DNA from: Terriglobales bacterium
GTDB lineage: Bacteria; Acidobacteriota; Terriglobia; Terriglobales; SCQP01
Assembly (NCBI GenBank): GCA_035553115.1
Contig: DATNED010000156.1
Location: forward strand, 5,781 to 69,780
Reading direction: 5' to 3'
DNA length: 64,000 nucleotides
Shown here: positions 1-9,902 of the stretch, piece by piece
How the letters are laid out: each line of letters begins with the position of its first letter
Position numbering within the stretch: the stretch's first letter is position 1
Position numbers and translations under genes: made by a program
Notes under the pieces: generated by a model
Databases searched by the model: none
Told to the model about the DNA's origin: nothing
Seen by the model: the letters and a program-made list of their open reading frames with translations, nothing else

Positions 1-2
1 CC

Positions 3-416
3 GCGCAGCTTCCCGCGGCATTCCGGTCCGACTTGGAGCAATGGGAACGCGCCGCGCGGGTTCCGCCCGTGCTGGCACGCTACTTCATCACCTCGGCAAG
101 CCGCAAGATCCTCTTGCTGCACAGCGAGGAGTTCTGCACCGATCCCGACGCCGGAACTCCCGTGGGATGCGCTCAGCTGGACGCCGCCGCCGCCGACATG
201 GACCTCGAGACCGCCGACTACCTCGACCAGACCCGCCACGCCACCAACGCCACCGCGCGCATGGTGCCGGGCGCCGCCATGCAGGCCTGGATCCAGGACC
301 GTGACCATTCTTGCTTGGCCGCGCCGAACCTCCTGGATTGCCGCATCCGCATGACCCGCGAGCGGGTGCGGGTGGTGGTGCACGCCCCGCCGCGGGCGCC
401 GCGCCGCGGGCATTGA
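3..416 (+). CDS. 3' portion of a DUF1311/LprI-like protein (5' end probably outside the window)
   Basis: The frame is open from nt 3; the track ORF begins at an internal TTG at 33. The C-terminal AMQAWIQDRDHSC...LLDCRIRMTRERV resembles the QxAWxxxRDxxC...CxxxxTxxR signature of DUF1311. Motif-level call only. Confidence 0.4.
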   Translation, partial: AQLPAAFRSDLEQWERAARVPPVLARYFITSASRKILLLHSEEFCTDPDAGTPVGCAQLDAAAADMDLETADYLDQTRHATNATARMVPGAAMQAWIQDRDHSCLAAPNLLDCRIRMTRERVRVVVHAPPRAPRRGH

Positions 417-417
417 G

Positions 418-1485
418 CTATTCCGCGGTGTAGTCGATTTCCATCCGGCGCACCAGTCGGGTCGCGGCCCACAACACTACCGCCGCCAGCAGCAGCAATC
501 CTGCGATCGCCGTGATCGGGCGGATGGCATCCGGCGATGAGACCAGGAGTGCATACAAGGCTGGTGTGCCCGGGGCGGCCGCAAGGTTCACCGGGCACAG
601 CTGCATCAGGTAGTAAATGACGCTGACTTTCTTCAGCAGCGCCGGCAGGAACGGCACTGCGCTCTCCCACAGCAGCAGCGCCACCGCGGGCACGATCGGG
701 TTGCGGAACATCAGCCCGGCGGCAAGAAACACCGCCCCGTAGCCCACGCAGGCGAGTGCGGTGACGCCCAAATAGGCGGCGGTGTGTTCGAGCCCCCCGG
801 CGCCCACGACGCGCCCGAGCAGGAACATTTGCAGCCACGCGCTGCCGGCGAAAACCACCACCGATGCCACCAGCCCGGCCGCAAACTTCGCGCTCAGCAC
901 GCGCGAGCGCGGCACCGGCGCCAGGAAATAGAAGTGCAGGCTCTTGTTCAGCAGCTCGCCGCGGAACAGGTTCATGAAGATGCCCAAGCATCCAAAAAAC
1001 ACGGCGAGGCGCAGGTAGAAAAACTCGAAGACGTTGGCAAACAGCTCTCCGACATCACCCAGGCTGGGCCCGGGGCGGCGCTGGATGCGGGAAACCACCC
1101 CTCCGGCCACGCTGATGTCGTAGAGGGTCGAACCGTCGGAGTAGCGGTACCAGTAGATATCGTTGAAGATGATTTCGTCATGGCTGCCGCGGCGGCGGCG
1201 CACGAAGTGCTCCTTGCGCGCCGGCTCGCCCAGGGCGGCCACCAAGTTCGCCTCCGGCATGCCGCGTTGGACTGCGTCAAAATCCTGCGGCGTCAGGCGT
1301 TTGCTTTGCTGCGCGGCCCAGGCTTGACGCTGCCCGGCCTCGATGTGCACCTGAACGCTATAGGCGAAGAAGAGCAAGAATGGCGCCAGCGCGAGCAGAT
1401 AGATCCACCACCCTCTGCGGGCGAGAAACGCCTTGCGCACCTCGCGCCGGAACACCGCCGACCATTGCCGAGCCCCCGGCGTCAT
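418..1485 (-). CDS. ABC-2 type transporter permease with a ~100-aa extracytoplasmic insert after TM1
   Basis: 355 aa. The ATG at 1485 overlaps the upstream ATPase stop (ATGA). It has an N-terminal TM helix (WWIYLLALAPFLLFFAY), a soluble insert, then multiple hydrophobic helices. It is the last gene of a 4-gene ABC operon. Confidence 0.7.
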   Translation of the reverse strand: MTPGARQWSAVFRREVRKAFLARRGWWIYLLALAPFLLFFAYSVQVHIEAGQRQAWAAQQSKRLTPQDFDAVQRGMPEANLVAALGEPARKEHFVRRRRGSHDEIIFNDIYWYRYSDGSTLYDISVAGGVVSRIQRRPGPSLGDVGELFANVFEFFYLRLAVFFGCLGIFMNLFRGELLNKSLHFYFLAPVPRSRVLSAKFAAGLVASVVVFAGSAWLQMFLLGRVVGAGGLEHTAAYLGVTALACVGYGAVFLAAGLMFRNPIVPAVALLLWESAVPFLPALLKKVSVIYYLMQLCPVNLAAAPGTPALYALLVSSPDAIRPITAIAGLLLLAAVVLWAATRLVRRMEIDYTAE

Positions 1486-2456
1486 TCGCCTCCCTCCGGC
1501 GCGCCAACCAGATACTGGTACACCGAGCCGGCATCGTCATCGGCCGGCGCCAGCGAGACGATCTCAAGCCCGGGAACCGCGCCCGCGGCCATCAAGCGGT
1601 TGACTTCGGTGTAGAGCGCATCGGCGTCGCGGGTGGTCACTTGCAGTCCGGGGCTGCCCCAGGCGTCGGGCGCGAGCACGCGCGCGTCCAGCATGTGCGG
1701 CCAGCCGATCACCGCCGCGGCCAGCGCGTGCGGCTGATTGCACCGCACCCGCACTTGCAGCGGATGGTCGCGCATCTCGGCGCGCACGTCGTGGATCTGC
1801 CCTTCCGCCACCACGTAGCCGTTGCTCAGCATCACGACCTGGTCGGAGATCGCATCCACCTCGTGCAGCACGTGGCTCGAGATCACCAGGAACCGCCCTT
1901 CCGAGCCCAATTGCTTGAACAACGCCACCGTCTCGGCCCGCGCCAGCGGATCGAGGCCGTTCAGCGGCTCGTCGAGAATCATCACCTGCGGGTCGTGGCA
2001 CAGCGCCTGCGCCAGCCGGATGCGCTGCCGCATGCCCTTGCTGTAGGCCGCGATCTTGCGGTCGCCGGCGTCGGTGAGCTTCACCCGCTCCAGCGCCGCT
2101 TGCGCCTTGCCCGCCGCCGCCGCCGAATCGAGTCCGTGCAGCGCCAGTGTGGCCAGCAGGAATTCGCGCCCGGTCGCCCCCGGCGGATAGGAATCGAACT
2201 GGGTGCAGTAGCCGACGAGGTGGAACAGTCGCTCCGGCGCCTCCGGCGAGATTCCGAGCACGCTCACGTCCCCGCGGCTGGGCCGGACCAAGCCCGCCAG
2301 CAAGTTCATGAGCGTGGTTTTGCCCGAGCCGTTCGGCCCCACCAGGCTCGTGATGCCCGGCGGAATGGTGAGATTCACCCGGTTCACGCCCAGCACATCG
2401 CCGTAGAACTTCGAGACGTTTCGAAACGCGATTCCAGCGTCGGACCGTGGCGTCAT
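1482..2456 (-). CDS. ABC transporter ATP-binding protein
   Basis: Start moved to the ATG at 2456 (MTPRSDAGIAFRNVSKFYG), which overlaps the upstream permease stop (ATGA). Walker A GPNGSGKTT, signature YSKGMRQR, Walker B VMILDEP. The upstream part of the 616-aa track ORF is a low-complexity antisense read of the permease gene. Confidence 0.9.
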   Translation of the reverse strand: MTPRSDAGIAFRNVSKFYGDVLGVNRVNLTIPPGITSLVGPNGSGKTTLMNLLAGLVRPSRGDVSVLGISPEAPERLFHLVGYCTQFDSYPPGATGREFLLATLALHGLDSAAAAGKAQAALERVKLTDAGDRKIAAYSKGMRQRIRLAQALCHDPQVMILDEPLNGLDPLARAETVALFKQLGSEGRFLVISSHVLHEVDAISDQVVMLSNGYVVAEGQIHDVRAEMRDHPLQVRVRCNQPHALAAAVIGWPHMLDARVLAPDAWGSPGLQVTTRDADALYTEVNRLMAAGAVPGLEIVSLAPADDDAGSVYQYLVGAPEGGE

Positions 2457-3307
2457 CGCACCACCTCCAGCGGGCGCACCCGTTTCAGCACCAGCGCCAG
2501 CGAAGCCAGCCCCAGCGCAATCAGCACTGCCCACGCCTCGCGCTCGAGCGCGAGCGGTGGCGGCCCCAGCCGGAACATGTCGCTCCATACGATGAGGTGA
2601 AGCTGCATGAAATCGAGCAATCCGCCATTCTGCGTGCTCAGCACCAAATTCATCGCGCTGCCGAAGCCTGCCCCGAAAAAGTAGATTCCGAGCAATGCTG
2701 CCCCCGCCACCACGCGCCACTTGATCCAGGCCGAAACCGCCAGCGCCAACAGGGAAAGCACGATGATCCAAATCCAGCAGGCCGCCAAAATGCTCCATCC
2801 CAGCCACAAATTCGCGCTCCGCCACGCCGCCCCGCCCATCACGCATTGCACCGCGAACAGAAACAACCCCGGCACCCAGGTCAAGCCCGAGAGCAGCGCC
2901 ACCAGCACCAGAATCTTGCCCAGCAAGTACTCGAATCGCCGCAACGGCCGCGCCAGGTACAGCGCCAAGCCGCCGTGGGCGAGGTCGGGGGCCACCAGCC
3001 CCGGCGCCGCGAATGCGGTGAACAGGAAGGCGAAGACGCACTGGTAGTGGACGAAGGAGAAGAAAAAGCCGCGGCCGATGCTGAAGAAATTGTGGATGCC
3101 CAAGTCGGCAAGGAAGGTGGCGTGGTTGGCGACGTAGATCGCGATCAGGTCCAGCAGCGGAAAAATGAAACAGAGAAGATAAAACGCAAGCAGGAGTTTC
3201 GAGCGGAACACCGCGCGCAGCGCGTAGCGGTAAAGGATCAGCGCGCGCGACCATTCGGGGGTGATCGCGCCCTCGTAGCCGCGGTAGGTCTGCTTGTAGA
3301 CCGCCAT
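2453..3307 (-). CDS. ABC-2 type transporter permease
   Basis: Start at ATG 3307 ([13 protein letters not shown]), a 1-nt overlap with the upstream ATPase stop. 284 aa with about six hydrophobic helices. Confidence 0.7.
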   Translation of the reverse strand: MAVYKQTYRGYEGAITPEWSRALILYRYALRAVFRSKLLLAFYLLCFIFPLLDLIAIYVANHATFLADLGIHNFFSIGRGFFFSFVHYQCVFAFLFTAFAAPGLVAPDLAHGGLALYLARPLRRFEYLLGKILVLVALLSGLTWVPGLFLFAVQCVMGGAAWRSANLWLGWSILAACWIWIIVLSLLALAVSAWIKWRVVAGAALLGIYFFGAGFGSAMNLVLSTQNGGLLDFMQLHLIVWSDMFRLGPPPLALEREAWAVLIALGLASLALVLKRVRPLEVVR

Positions 3308-4305
3308 TACGCTCGGACCTCCGGCACGGCATCCTCGCGCATCGCGCGCAGGAAGACGTCTTCCAGCGTGTCGTGCCCCTGGGAGAGGCGCCGCACCTGC
3401 AGATGGCATTCCGCCGCCATGCGGAACAACGCGCCGGCTTCCATGCCCTGCGCTAAAGTGAGCCGCAGCCGGCTGCCGCTGGCGCTTGCCACCTCGCAGC
3501 CGCGGGCGCGCGCTGCCGCCGCCAGCGTGGCGGCTTCGCCGCCGGAAAGTTCGACGTCGAGCATCGGGGCGGAGCGGCCCGCTGCCGCCCGGTCCGCCGC
3601 CAAGTCGGCGTGATGCACGATCCTCCCGTGCTTCAGAATCACAACTTCATCGCAGGTCTCTTCCACATCGCGGAGCAAGTGCGAGCAGAGCACGATCTGG
3701 CACGCGCCGGTGTCGCGAATCTCGCGGATGAGGCGCAGCATGCGCAGCCGCGCCGGCGGATCGAGGCTGTTGGTGGGCTCGTCCAGGATCAGCAGCCGCG
3801 GCCCGTGCACAATCGCCTGCGCCAGCTTCGCTAACTGCTTCATGCCGAGCGAATAGCCGCCCACCGGACGGTAGCGCGCCTCCCCCAGGCCGACGTAGAA
3901 CAGCGCCTCATGCGCCCGCTCCAGCGCCGCCTCCGCCGGCAGTCCGGCAAGCTCGCCCATCAGGCGCACAAAGCTCACTGCCGACATGCTGGCGATGAAG
4001 GCGTCGTTCTCGGGCATGTAGCCGATTTGGCGTCGCGCCTGCCGGCTCACCTGAGCGACATCAAGGCCGAGCACGGAAGCCGTGCCCGCGGCCGGCCGCA
4101 GGAAGCCCAGCAAGGTGCTGATGAGGGTGGATTTCCCCGCGCCGTTTGGCCCTAGCAGGCCAATCACCTGCCCGCTCAGCGTGGCGGTCAGGCCATGCAG
4201 GATCTCGCGCCTGCCGTAACCCACCCGCAAATCGGCCAGCGCCACGGCGGGGGTGGCAGAGCGCGGGGGCGCGGCGACCTTCTCGGGTGCTGCTGCAGTC
4301 GGCAT
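3307..4305 (-). CDS. ABC transporter ATP-binding protein
   Basis: ATG at 4305. Walker [10 protein letters not shown], signature YSLGMKQL, Walker B LLILDEP. First gene of the ATPase-permease-ATPase-permease operon. Confidence 0.9.
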   Translation of the reverse strand: MPTAAAPEKVAAPPRSATPAVALADLRVGYGRREILHGLTATLSGQVIGLLGPNGAGKSTLISTLLGFLRPAAGTASVLGLDVAQVSRQARRQIGYMPENDAFIASMSAVSFVRLMGELAGLPAEAALERAHEALFYVGLGEARYRPVGGYSLGMKQLAKLAQAIVHGPRLLILDEPTNSLDPPARLRMLRLIREIRDTGACQIVLCSHLLRDVEETCDEVVILKHGRIVHHADLAADRAAAGRSAPMLDVELSGGEAATLAAAARARGCEVASASGSRLRLTLAQGMEAGALFRMAAECHLQVRRLSQGHDTLEDVFLRAMREDAVPEVRA

Positions 4306-4379
4306 GGCGTACGCTCGAAGGCTCCGCTTCTGAAGCTTAGCCCAGGCTGAATACGCGCGCCCGAGCGGAACGGTTCCCG

Positions 4380-5696
4380 CTATTCCAGCAGATCAATCGC
4401 CCGGCTCGTCAACAAGGCCCACTGCTGCTCGTTGACCGCTGCGCGAGGATTGTTCCAAATAGCGGAAACCGCATACCAAGCCCCGGTCTTCGACCGCAGC
4501 AGGAAATCCAGGCTGATTACCCCCGGCTCGCTCCCGCCCTTGAAGCCGATGTAGGTCCATTTCGACGCGGACAAGGGCAGGCCGCGGTTGATGGCGAGAA
4601 TGGAGCGCGCGGTGGCGCGGTTTCGATCACTCTCGGGAGCATGAAACCACGCCAGCGCGTGGCAGATATCGCTCGCCGACTCCAGCCATTCCAGATTCTC
4701 GATCTCGCGCGGCCCCGTGCCGCTCGAGGCCGCTTCCAGCTTTGCGCTCAGCTCCGGCGTGGCGCTCGGCGCCAGCGATGCCAGCAGGCTCCGCCGTGCG
4801 GCGGCGCCGTCGGAGAGAAACGTCTGCCGGCGTCCGGCGTCGCCGTATTTGAGCTGGAACATTTCCCAGGTGGTGAGGAACGGCTGGTTCAGCGCCGCGT
4901 GGCCGCTCCCCATCGCCGACTGCTGCGCTTCGACCCGCTCCCGGCCGACGGTATGCAGAAGCTGGTCGGCGGCGGTATTGTCGCTGATCGAAATCATCAG
5001 TGACGCCAAGGACTGCAGCGTCAGCGGCGTGCCCAGGGGCCAGCCCTGGAGCTGTCCGCTGGCCAGCGAATGGGTCTCGAGCCTCGCCACCTGGTCCCAA
5101 TGCATCTTGCCCTCGGCCACCTGCTGGGTCAGCGCGCCCAGGATATAGAGCTTGAAGGTGGAACCGATGGCCAACGGCTTGTCCGCCTGCCATTGCGCCA
5201 CCGTCGTGGGCTGGTTCCCGTTCAGCTTCTCCGCCAGAAAACTCACGCTGCCGGGCAGCGCGCGCATGTCCGAAAGCAGGGCGGCAACACTGTCGTGAAT
5301 CGGAATCGGTCCGCCGATGCGGAAGCCCGCGATGTTGTGCGCGGCTTCGCCGTTGAGGGTAAGCAGCACGGGCGCTTGATATCCCTTGGAAAACTCGAAA
5401 TCGAAAGCCGCGGTGCCCGACGCCTGCTGCCCCACAAAATGGACTGCCGTAACCGTCCCCAATTGCGCATACAGCTTCGCTAGCAGCGCCTGCAGCTGCG
5501 ACGGCGAAATCTGCGCCAGGAACTGCGGCGTGAACAGCTCTTCGACCCCTTTGGGATCGGCACGGATGTATTTCCCCACGGACTCGGCGGCGGCCTGGAC
5601 CTGCGCATTCGCAGGCGCCGGCGTTTTTTGTTGGCCCCAAAGGGTCGCGCCGCAGATCAGCAGTGCAAGCAGGGTGGCACGGATGGAGTAGGTCAC
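4380..5696 (-). CDS. Secreted class-A beta-lactamase-related serine hydrolase with an extra N-terminal domain
   Basis: GTG start at 5696 followed by a signal peptide ([13 protein letters not shown]). SxxK motif GSTFKLY, SDN motif SISDNTAAD, KxG motif FKGGSEPG. Confidence 0.75.
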   Translation of the reverse strand: MTYSIRATLLALLICGATLWGQQKTPAPANAQVQAAAESVGKYIRADPKGVEELFTPQFLAQISPSQLQALLAKLYAQLGTVTAVHFVGQQASGTAAFDFEFSKGYQAPVLLTLNGEAAHNIAGFRIGGPIPIHDSVAALLSDMRALPGSVSFLAEKLNGNQPTTVAQWQADKPLAIGSTFKLYILGALTQQVAEGKMHWDQVARLETHSLASGQLQGWPLGTPLTLQSLASLMISISDNTAADQLLHTVGRERVEAQQSAMGSGHAALNQPFLTTWEMFQLKYGDAGRRQTFLSDGAAARRSLLASLAPSATPELSAKLEAASSGTGPREIENLEWLESASDICHALAWFHAPESDRNRATARSILAINRGLPLSASKWTYIGFKGGSEPGVISLDFLLRSKTGAWYAVSAIWNNPRAAVNEQQWALLTSRAIDLLE

Positions 5697-5729
5697 ACTG
5701 TCAGCATACCGCCCGCGCGACGGCGGCCG

Positions 5730-6878
5730 TCAAACTTTAATCAGCACCTTCCCGCCCTGCCGGGTGCGCGCCTTGGCGACGGCGGCGTTGAAGTCGTCGA
5801 GCGGGAAACGATCCGTGATGAACAGCGTCGGGTCCAGCAAACCGGCCGCCATCATGCGCAGCACATTGGGATAGGTTCCATGGCCGGTGTTGCCCATGGC
5901 GCCCACGATCGAGGCCTTCTTGCATTGATAGGGTTCGAGGTAGACGGGCACGCGTTTGGGGTCGCGGCCGATGATGATGATCTGGCTGCCATTGGCGGCG
6001 CACGCCTCCATCTGCGGCAGGCTGGAGTTGAACGCGCCCGCGCACTCGACTTGCACGTCGGCGCCTTGGCCTTCGGTGGCTTCGAGCACCTGCCGCGCCG
6101 CGTCGCCGCCGTCGGCCACGATATGCGCACCCACCTTGGTGGCCAGCTCGCGCCTTCCGGGGTTCTTCTCGAAGCACAGCACCTTGACCGCGCCGGTCGC
6201 GCGCAGCAGTTGGATCACCGCCAGCCCGATCGAGCCTGCGCCGTACACAGTCGCGAATGCTCCGGGCTTGATCCGCGCCGCGCACTCGAACAGCGCGTTG
6301 TAGCCCACCGTGAATGGCTCAATCACCGCCCCGGCCTCGAGCGTCCTCTCCTTCGAGCCGAAGCGGCTCGCCAGCGCATTGATGTTCCAACAGTTGCTTT
6401 CGGGCACCTGCAGCAGTTCCGCGCAGCCGCCGTTCATGGTGAACCCGACGTCATCAAGGTTTTCGCATTGGTTGGGGAAGCCGCGGCGGCAGGCCTCGCA
6501 CTTGTGGCAGCAAACCATGTCGTCAAGGCAGACCAGATCGCCCGCCTTGAGATAACGCACCTTGGCGCCGACGGCCACCACCTCGCCCGCCACCTCATGG
6601 CCGGGCACGCTGGGAAAGCGCGCCATGCCGGGATACTTCATGTAGCCTTCCGCGTCGGTCTCGAAAAAATGCAGATCGCTGCCGCACAGCCCCGCCGCCG
6701 CCACCTTCAGGATTACGTCGTCGGGTCCGGGCGTCGGGTCGGCCAGCGTCGTGACCGCGGCCGAAGGATTGCGCCACACCGAGCTTCCGATGCGGGCCAT
6801 GCGGGTGCGGGCTTCTTCCGGCGTGAGTTGATAGTCGGCGCGGGGCGCCCATTCGGCGCTGATGACAGCAGCTTTCAT
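5730..6878 (-). CDS. Zn-dependent alcohol/polyol dehydrogenase (MDR family)
   Basis: Start moved to ATG 6878 (MKAAVISAEW). Motifs: CGSDLH, GHEVAGEVV, a structural-zinc Cys cluster CHKCEACRRGFPNQC, and the NAD-binding GAGSIGL. Confidence 0.85.
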   Translation of the reverse strand: MKAAVISAEWAPRADYQLTPEEARTRMARIGSSVWRNPSAAVTTLADPTPGPDDVILKVAAAGLCGSDLHFFETDAEGYMKYPGMARFPSVPGHEVAGEVVAVGAKVRYLKAGDLVCLDDMVCCHKCEACRRGFPNQCENLDDVGFTMNGGCAELLQVPESNCWNINALASRFGSKERTLEAGAVIEPFTVGYNALFECAARIKPGAFATVYGAGSIGLAVIQLLRATGAVKVLCFEKNPGRRELATKVGAHIVADGGDAARQVLEATEGQGADVQVECAGAFNSSLPQMEACAANGSQIIIIGRDPKRVPVYLEPYQCKKASIVGAMGNTGHGTYPNVLRMMAAGLLDPTLFITDRFPLDDFNAAVAKARTRQGGKVLIKV

Positions 6879-6996
6879 GCGGGTGGCAAGCTCCTTGGGG
6901 AAAACTTCAGTGTACCAGCAGCACTGCCGCGCGCGCGCCGACCGCCAGGGCATCGCAGTTGCGCTAGGCTGACGGCGTCGGCTCGGAGGTTTCTCT

Positions 6997-8667
6997 ATGC
7001 ATGCACCGTCTTTTCATCCGCTGCCTGCCCTGGCCTTGCTCGCGCTTTGCGGCTGTCTTTCCGGCGCCGCGCCCGCCCAAACCGCGCCCGGCGGCGGCGC
7101 CGGACAAGTCCAATTCGTGCCGCTCGAACAGTTCGAGGCGATGGTGCGCGCCGCCGCCCTGGCGCCGGTCTCGCGCGAAACGTTCGAAGACCAGCGCCAG
7201 GCCCTGAACCGCGCCCGCCAACGCAGCCGCGCCATCGTGGACGCCTACCTCGACCGATACCCCGACTTGGCCGACCTGCGGCGCCTGCTGCGTGCGACGC
7301 CCGACATCGGCCGCCGCCTGCCCAACGACGGCGTGGTCCGGCCCGAAACCGGCGACGGCTACCGCTTCAGCTTCATCAACAAGAACGGCATTCGCCAAAG
7401 CATCGGCATGATGGGCCAGGAGAACAAGCTCGCGCAACTGGCCAACTCCATCCAGCAGCTCAGCCTGCCCGCGGTGCAGCGCCAGCTCTATGCCACCTTC
7501 TACAACCAACTGCCGCCATCTTTCTGCCGGCCGCCGGGAACCGTGGGCTCCCAAACCCCCGCCTGCGCGGGCTTGCCCACGCCCGCAGCGCTCGAGGGAG
7601 CGTCGCTCCAGACCATCCACCAGGCGATTCAGCAATTGGCTTCGCACACCAGCGAAATCATCGCCCAGGTTCAAAACCCGATCGCGCTCGAGCCCATCGG
7701 CTGCCAAGGCGAGATTGGCAACAACAACAGCGCCGACGCCAACGCCACCTGGGGCGACCAGACTTCGACCCAGGGCTGCGCGCCGCCGGCAGCCGACGGC
7801 ATCTACGCCAACTTCAACTTTCCGAACAAGGGCTTGCTCTCCTGCATCAAGAACCAGGGCCGGCGCGGCACCTGCCACATCTTCGCAGCCACCTCGGCGA
7901 TGGAGGAGCTGATCGCGCGCGACACCGGCACCTACGTCAACCTCAACGAGCAGGACTTCCAAGAGCACTTGAAGATGCTGTGGGAGAAGAACGTCCCCGA
8001 CCTCAGCAACGACAATGGCGGCGGCGGCTTCGACTTGTTCAGCGCCGGCCAGAACGGCTACCGCTTCGCCTACGAGAACCAGTGGGACTACAACCCTTCG
8101 ATCGATCGCGGAACCAACGATGTCAACTCCTGCGTGGGCTATCCCGCTTCCGAGCCCGGCTGCTCGGATACCGCGCCGCAGGCGGTCGAGGTCTGCACCC
8201 TCGACATCCGCCTGGTCAGCCCGCTGCGCTGCGGCTTCATGCTGGCGACCCTCACCGGCGCCCGCTCCCCCTACACCGCCGGCGGCATCGTGGATGTCTG
8301 GAACGGCTCTGAAAAGGACCTGACCTTCGACTACATGATCCTGGGTTTGGCGTTCAACAATGCCGTGATGCTCGGCTTCAACGTCACCGATTCGTTTCAG
8401 GGCTCGCCGGACGGCTACGTCGGCTTCGATCTCAACGATCTAAGCACTTCAGTCGGAGGCCACATGGTGCACGTGGTCGGCTTTGTCTCGAACCAGGACC
8501 TGGCCGCGGCGCTGCCTTCGGCGCCGCCGGGCGCCGGCGGCGGCTACTTCATCATCAAGAACAGTTGGGGTGCCTGCACCGGCGACGCCGGCTACTACTA
8601 CATGCCCGTGACCTACCTGCTGGCCGAAGCCAGCGAGGTGGATATCTTCTCCAGCATCGGTCAGTAG
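6997..8667 (+). CDS. Secreted papain-like (C1 family) cysteine peptidase with a long N-terminal region
   Basis: GGAGG lies 7 nt upstream of ATG 6997. Signal or lipoprotein-like LALLALCGCLSG. Catalytic context NQGRRGTCHIFAATSAME (Q-x5-C spacing as in papain), His in GGHMVHVVGF, Asn in FIIKNSWG. Confidence 0.7.
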   Translation: MHAPSFHPLPALALLALCGCLSGAAPAQTAPGGGAGQVQFVPLEQFEAMVRAAALAPVSRETFEDQRQALNRARQRSRAIVDAYLDRYPDLADLRRLLRATPDIGRRLPNDGVVRPETGDGYRFSFINKNGIRQSIGMMGQENKLAQLANSIQQLSLPAVQRQLYATFYNQLPPSFCRPPGTVGSQTPACAGLPTPAALEGASLQTIHQAIQQLASHTSEIIAQVQNPIALEPIGCQGEIGNNNSADANATWGDQTSTQGCAPPAADGIYANFNFPNKGLLSCIKNQGRRGTCHIFAATSAMEELIARDTGTYVNLNEQDFQEHLKMLWEKNVPDLSNDNGGGGFDLFSAGQNGYRFAYENQWDYNPSIDRGTNDVNSCVGYPASEPGCSDTAPQAVEVCTLDIRLVSPLRCGFMLATLTGARSPYTAGGIVDVWNGSEKDLTFDYMILGLAFNNAVMLGFNVTDSFQGSPDGYVGFDLNDLSTSVGGHMVHVVGFVSNQDLAAALPSAPPGAGGGYFIIKNSWGACTGDAGYYYMPVTYLLAEASEVDIFSSIGQ

Positions 8668-8693
8668 CCGGGCGAGGCCATCGGGCAGGCGGT

Positions 8694-9902
8694 CTACGGC
8701 GCCAAGCGGCGCAGGCGCGCGACGGCGGCGTCGAGCGTGGGGTCCACCTTGGAGAAGCAGAAGCGGGTCTGCGCCGCGCCCAGCGCGCGGTCGTGGTAGA
8801 AGCTCGATCCGGGCACCGTGGCCACGCCAATCTCGCGCACCAGCCAGCGCGCGAATTCTTCCTTCCCGCAGCGGCCCAAGAACGGGGTCACGTCGGTCAG
8901 TACGTAGTACGCGCCCTCGGGCGCGGTGCAGGGGAAGCCCGCGTTCTGCAGCGCGGGAATCACGCGCTGGCGGCGGGCCGTGTAGTCGCCTGCAAGCTGC
9001 CGGCAATACTCGTCGCCGACGTTGAGCGCATGCGCGGCCGCAATCTGCAGCGGCGCGGGAGCGCCCACCGTCAAGAAGTCATGCACCTTTCGGATGCCCC
9101 CGGCCAGCCGCGCTGGCGAGATCGCCCATCCTACCCGCCAGCCGGTCACGCTGAACGTCTTCGAAATGCCGCTGATGGTGATGGTCCGTTCCGCCATGCC
9201 CTCGAGGGTGGCCATCGGGATGTGCGGCCGCTGGTCATAGACGATGTGCTCGTAAATCTCGTCGGTGATCGCCAGGCAATCCCACTGCACGCACAAGTCG
9301 CGGATGAACTCGAGTTCGGCCCGGGTGAAGACCTTGCCGGTCGGGTTGTTCGGCGTATTGACGATGATCGCGCGCGTGCGCGGGTTGAATGCCGCCGCCA
9401 GCTCGGCGCGGTCGAAGTTCCATCCATCCGCGCTCTCGCGCAGCGTCACAAACCGCGGCGTCGCTCCGCTGAGAATCGTGTCCGGGCCGTAGTTCTCGTA
9501 GAAGGGCTCGAAAACCACCGTCTCGTCGCCCGGGTTGAGCACGGCGATCAGCGTCGAGATCATGGCTTCGGTCGAGCCGCAGCAGACCGTCAAGTTCGGG
9601 TCGCTGATCTCCATGCCGTACCAGCGCCGGTACTTGTCGGCGATGGCGGTGCGCAGCAGCGGATCGCCCCAGGTAACCGCGTACTGGTTGATGTCGTCGC
9701 GGATCGCCTGGATGGCGGCGTCCTTGATGAAGTCGGGCGCCGGAAAATCGGGAAAGCCCTGCGCCAAATTGATCGCGTCGTGTTCCATCGCCAGCCGCGT
9801 CATCTCGCGGATCACACTCTCGGTGAACTGCGCGACCCGGCCCGAGACGCCGCGCGCGGACGCGGCAGGGGCGGATGGGGTGGAAACCGAGGCGGTGCTC
9901 AT
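8694..9902 (-). CDS. Class I/II PLP-dependent aminotransferase (methionine/kynurenine aminotransferase-like)
   Basis: 402 aa. Motifs INLAQGFPDF and the PLP-lysine context SGISKTFSVTGWRVGW. The ATG at 9902 overlaps the upstream MBL gene stop (ATGA). Confidence 0.9.
   Translation of the reverse strand: MSTASVSTPSAPAASARGVSGRVAQFTESVIREMTRLAMEHDAINLAQGFPDFPAPDFIKDAAIQAIRDDINQYAVTWGDPLLRTAIADKYRRWYGMEISDPNLTVCCGSTEAMISTLIAVLNPGDETVVFEPFYENYGPDTILSGATPRFVTLRESADGWNFDRAELAAAFNPRTRAIIVNTPNNPTGKVFTRAELEFIRDLCVQWDCLAITDEIYEHIVYDQRPHIPMATLEGMAERTITISGISKTFSVTGWRVGWAISPARLAGGIRKVHDFLTVGAPAPLQIAAAHALNVGDEYCRQLAGDYTARRQRVIPALQNAGFPCTAPEGAYYVLTDVTPFLGRCGKEEFARWLVREIGVATVPGSSFYHDRALGAAQTRFCFSKVDPTLDAAVARLRRLAP

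Noticed and set aside
2457-3332. N-terminal 292-aa extension of the ABC ATPase ORF (track ORF 1482..3332)
   Set aside because: The extension overlaps the upstream permease gene in another frame and is low-complexity. The internal ATG at 2456 sits in an ATGA stop/start overlap just before the conserved ATPase N-terminus.
5628-8312. 894-aa plus-strand ORF spanning the dehydrogenase and C1-peptidase loci
   Set aside because: It crosses a divergent intergenic region and two well-supported genes in other frames or on the other strand. The product is extremely Arg/Pro/Gly-rich.
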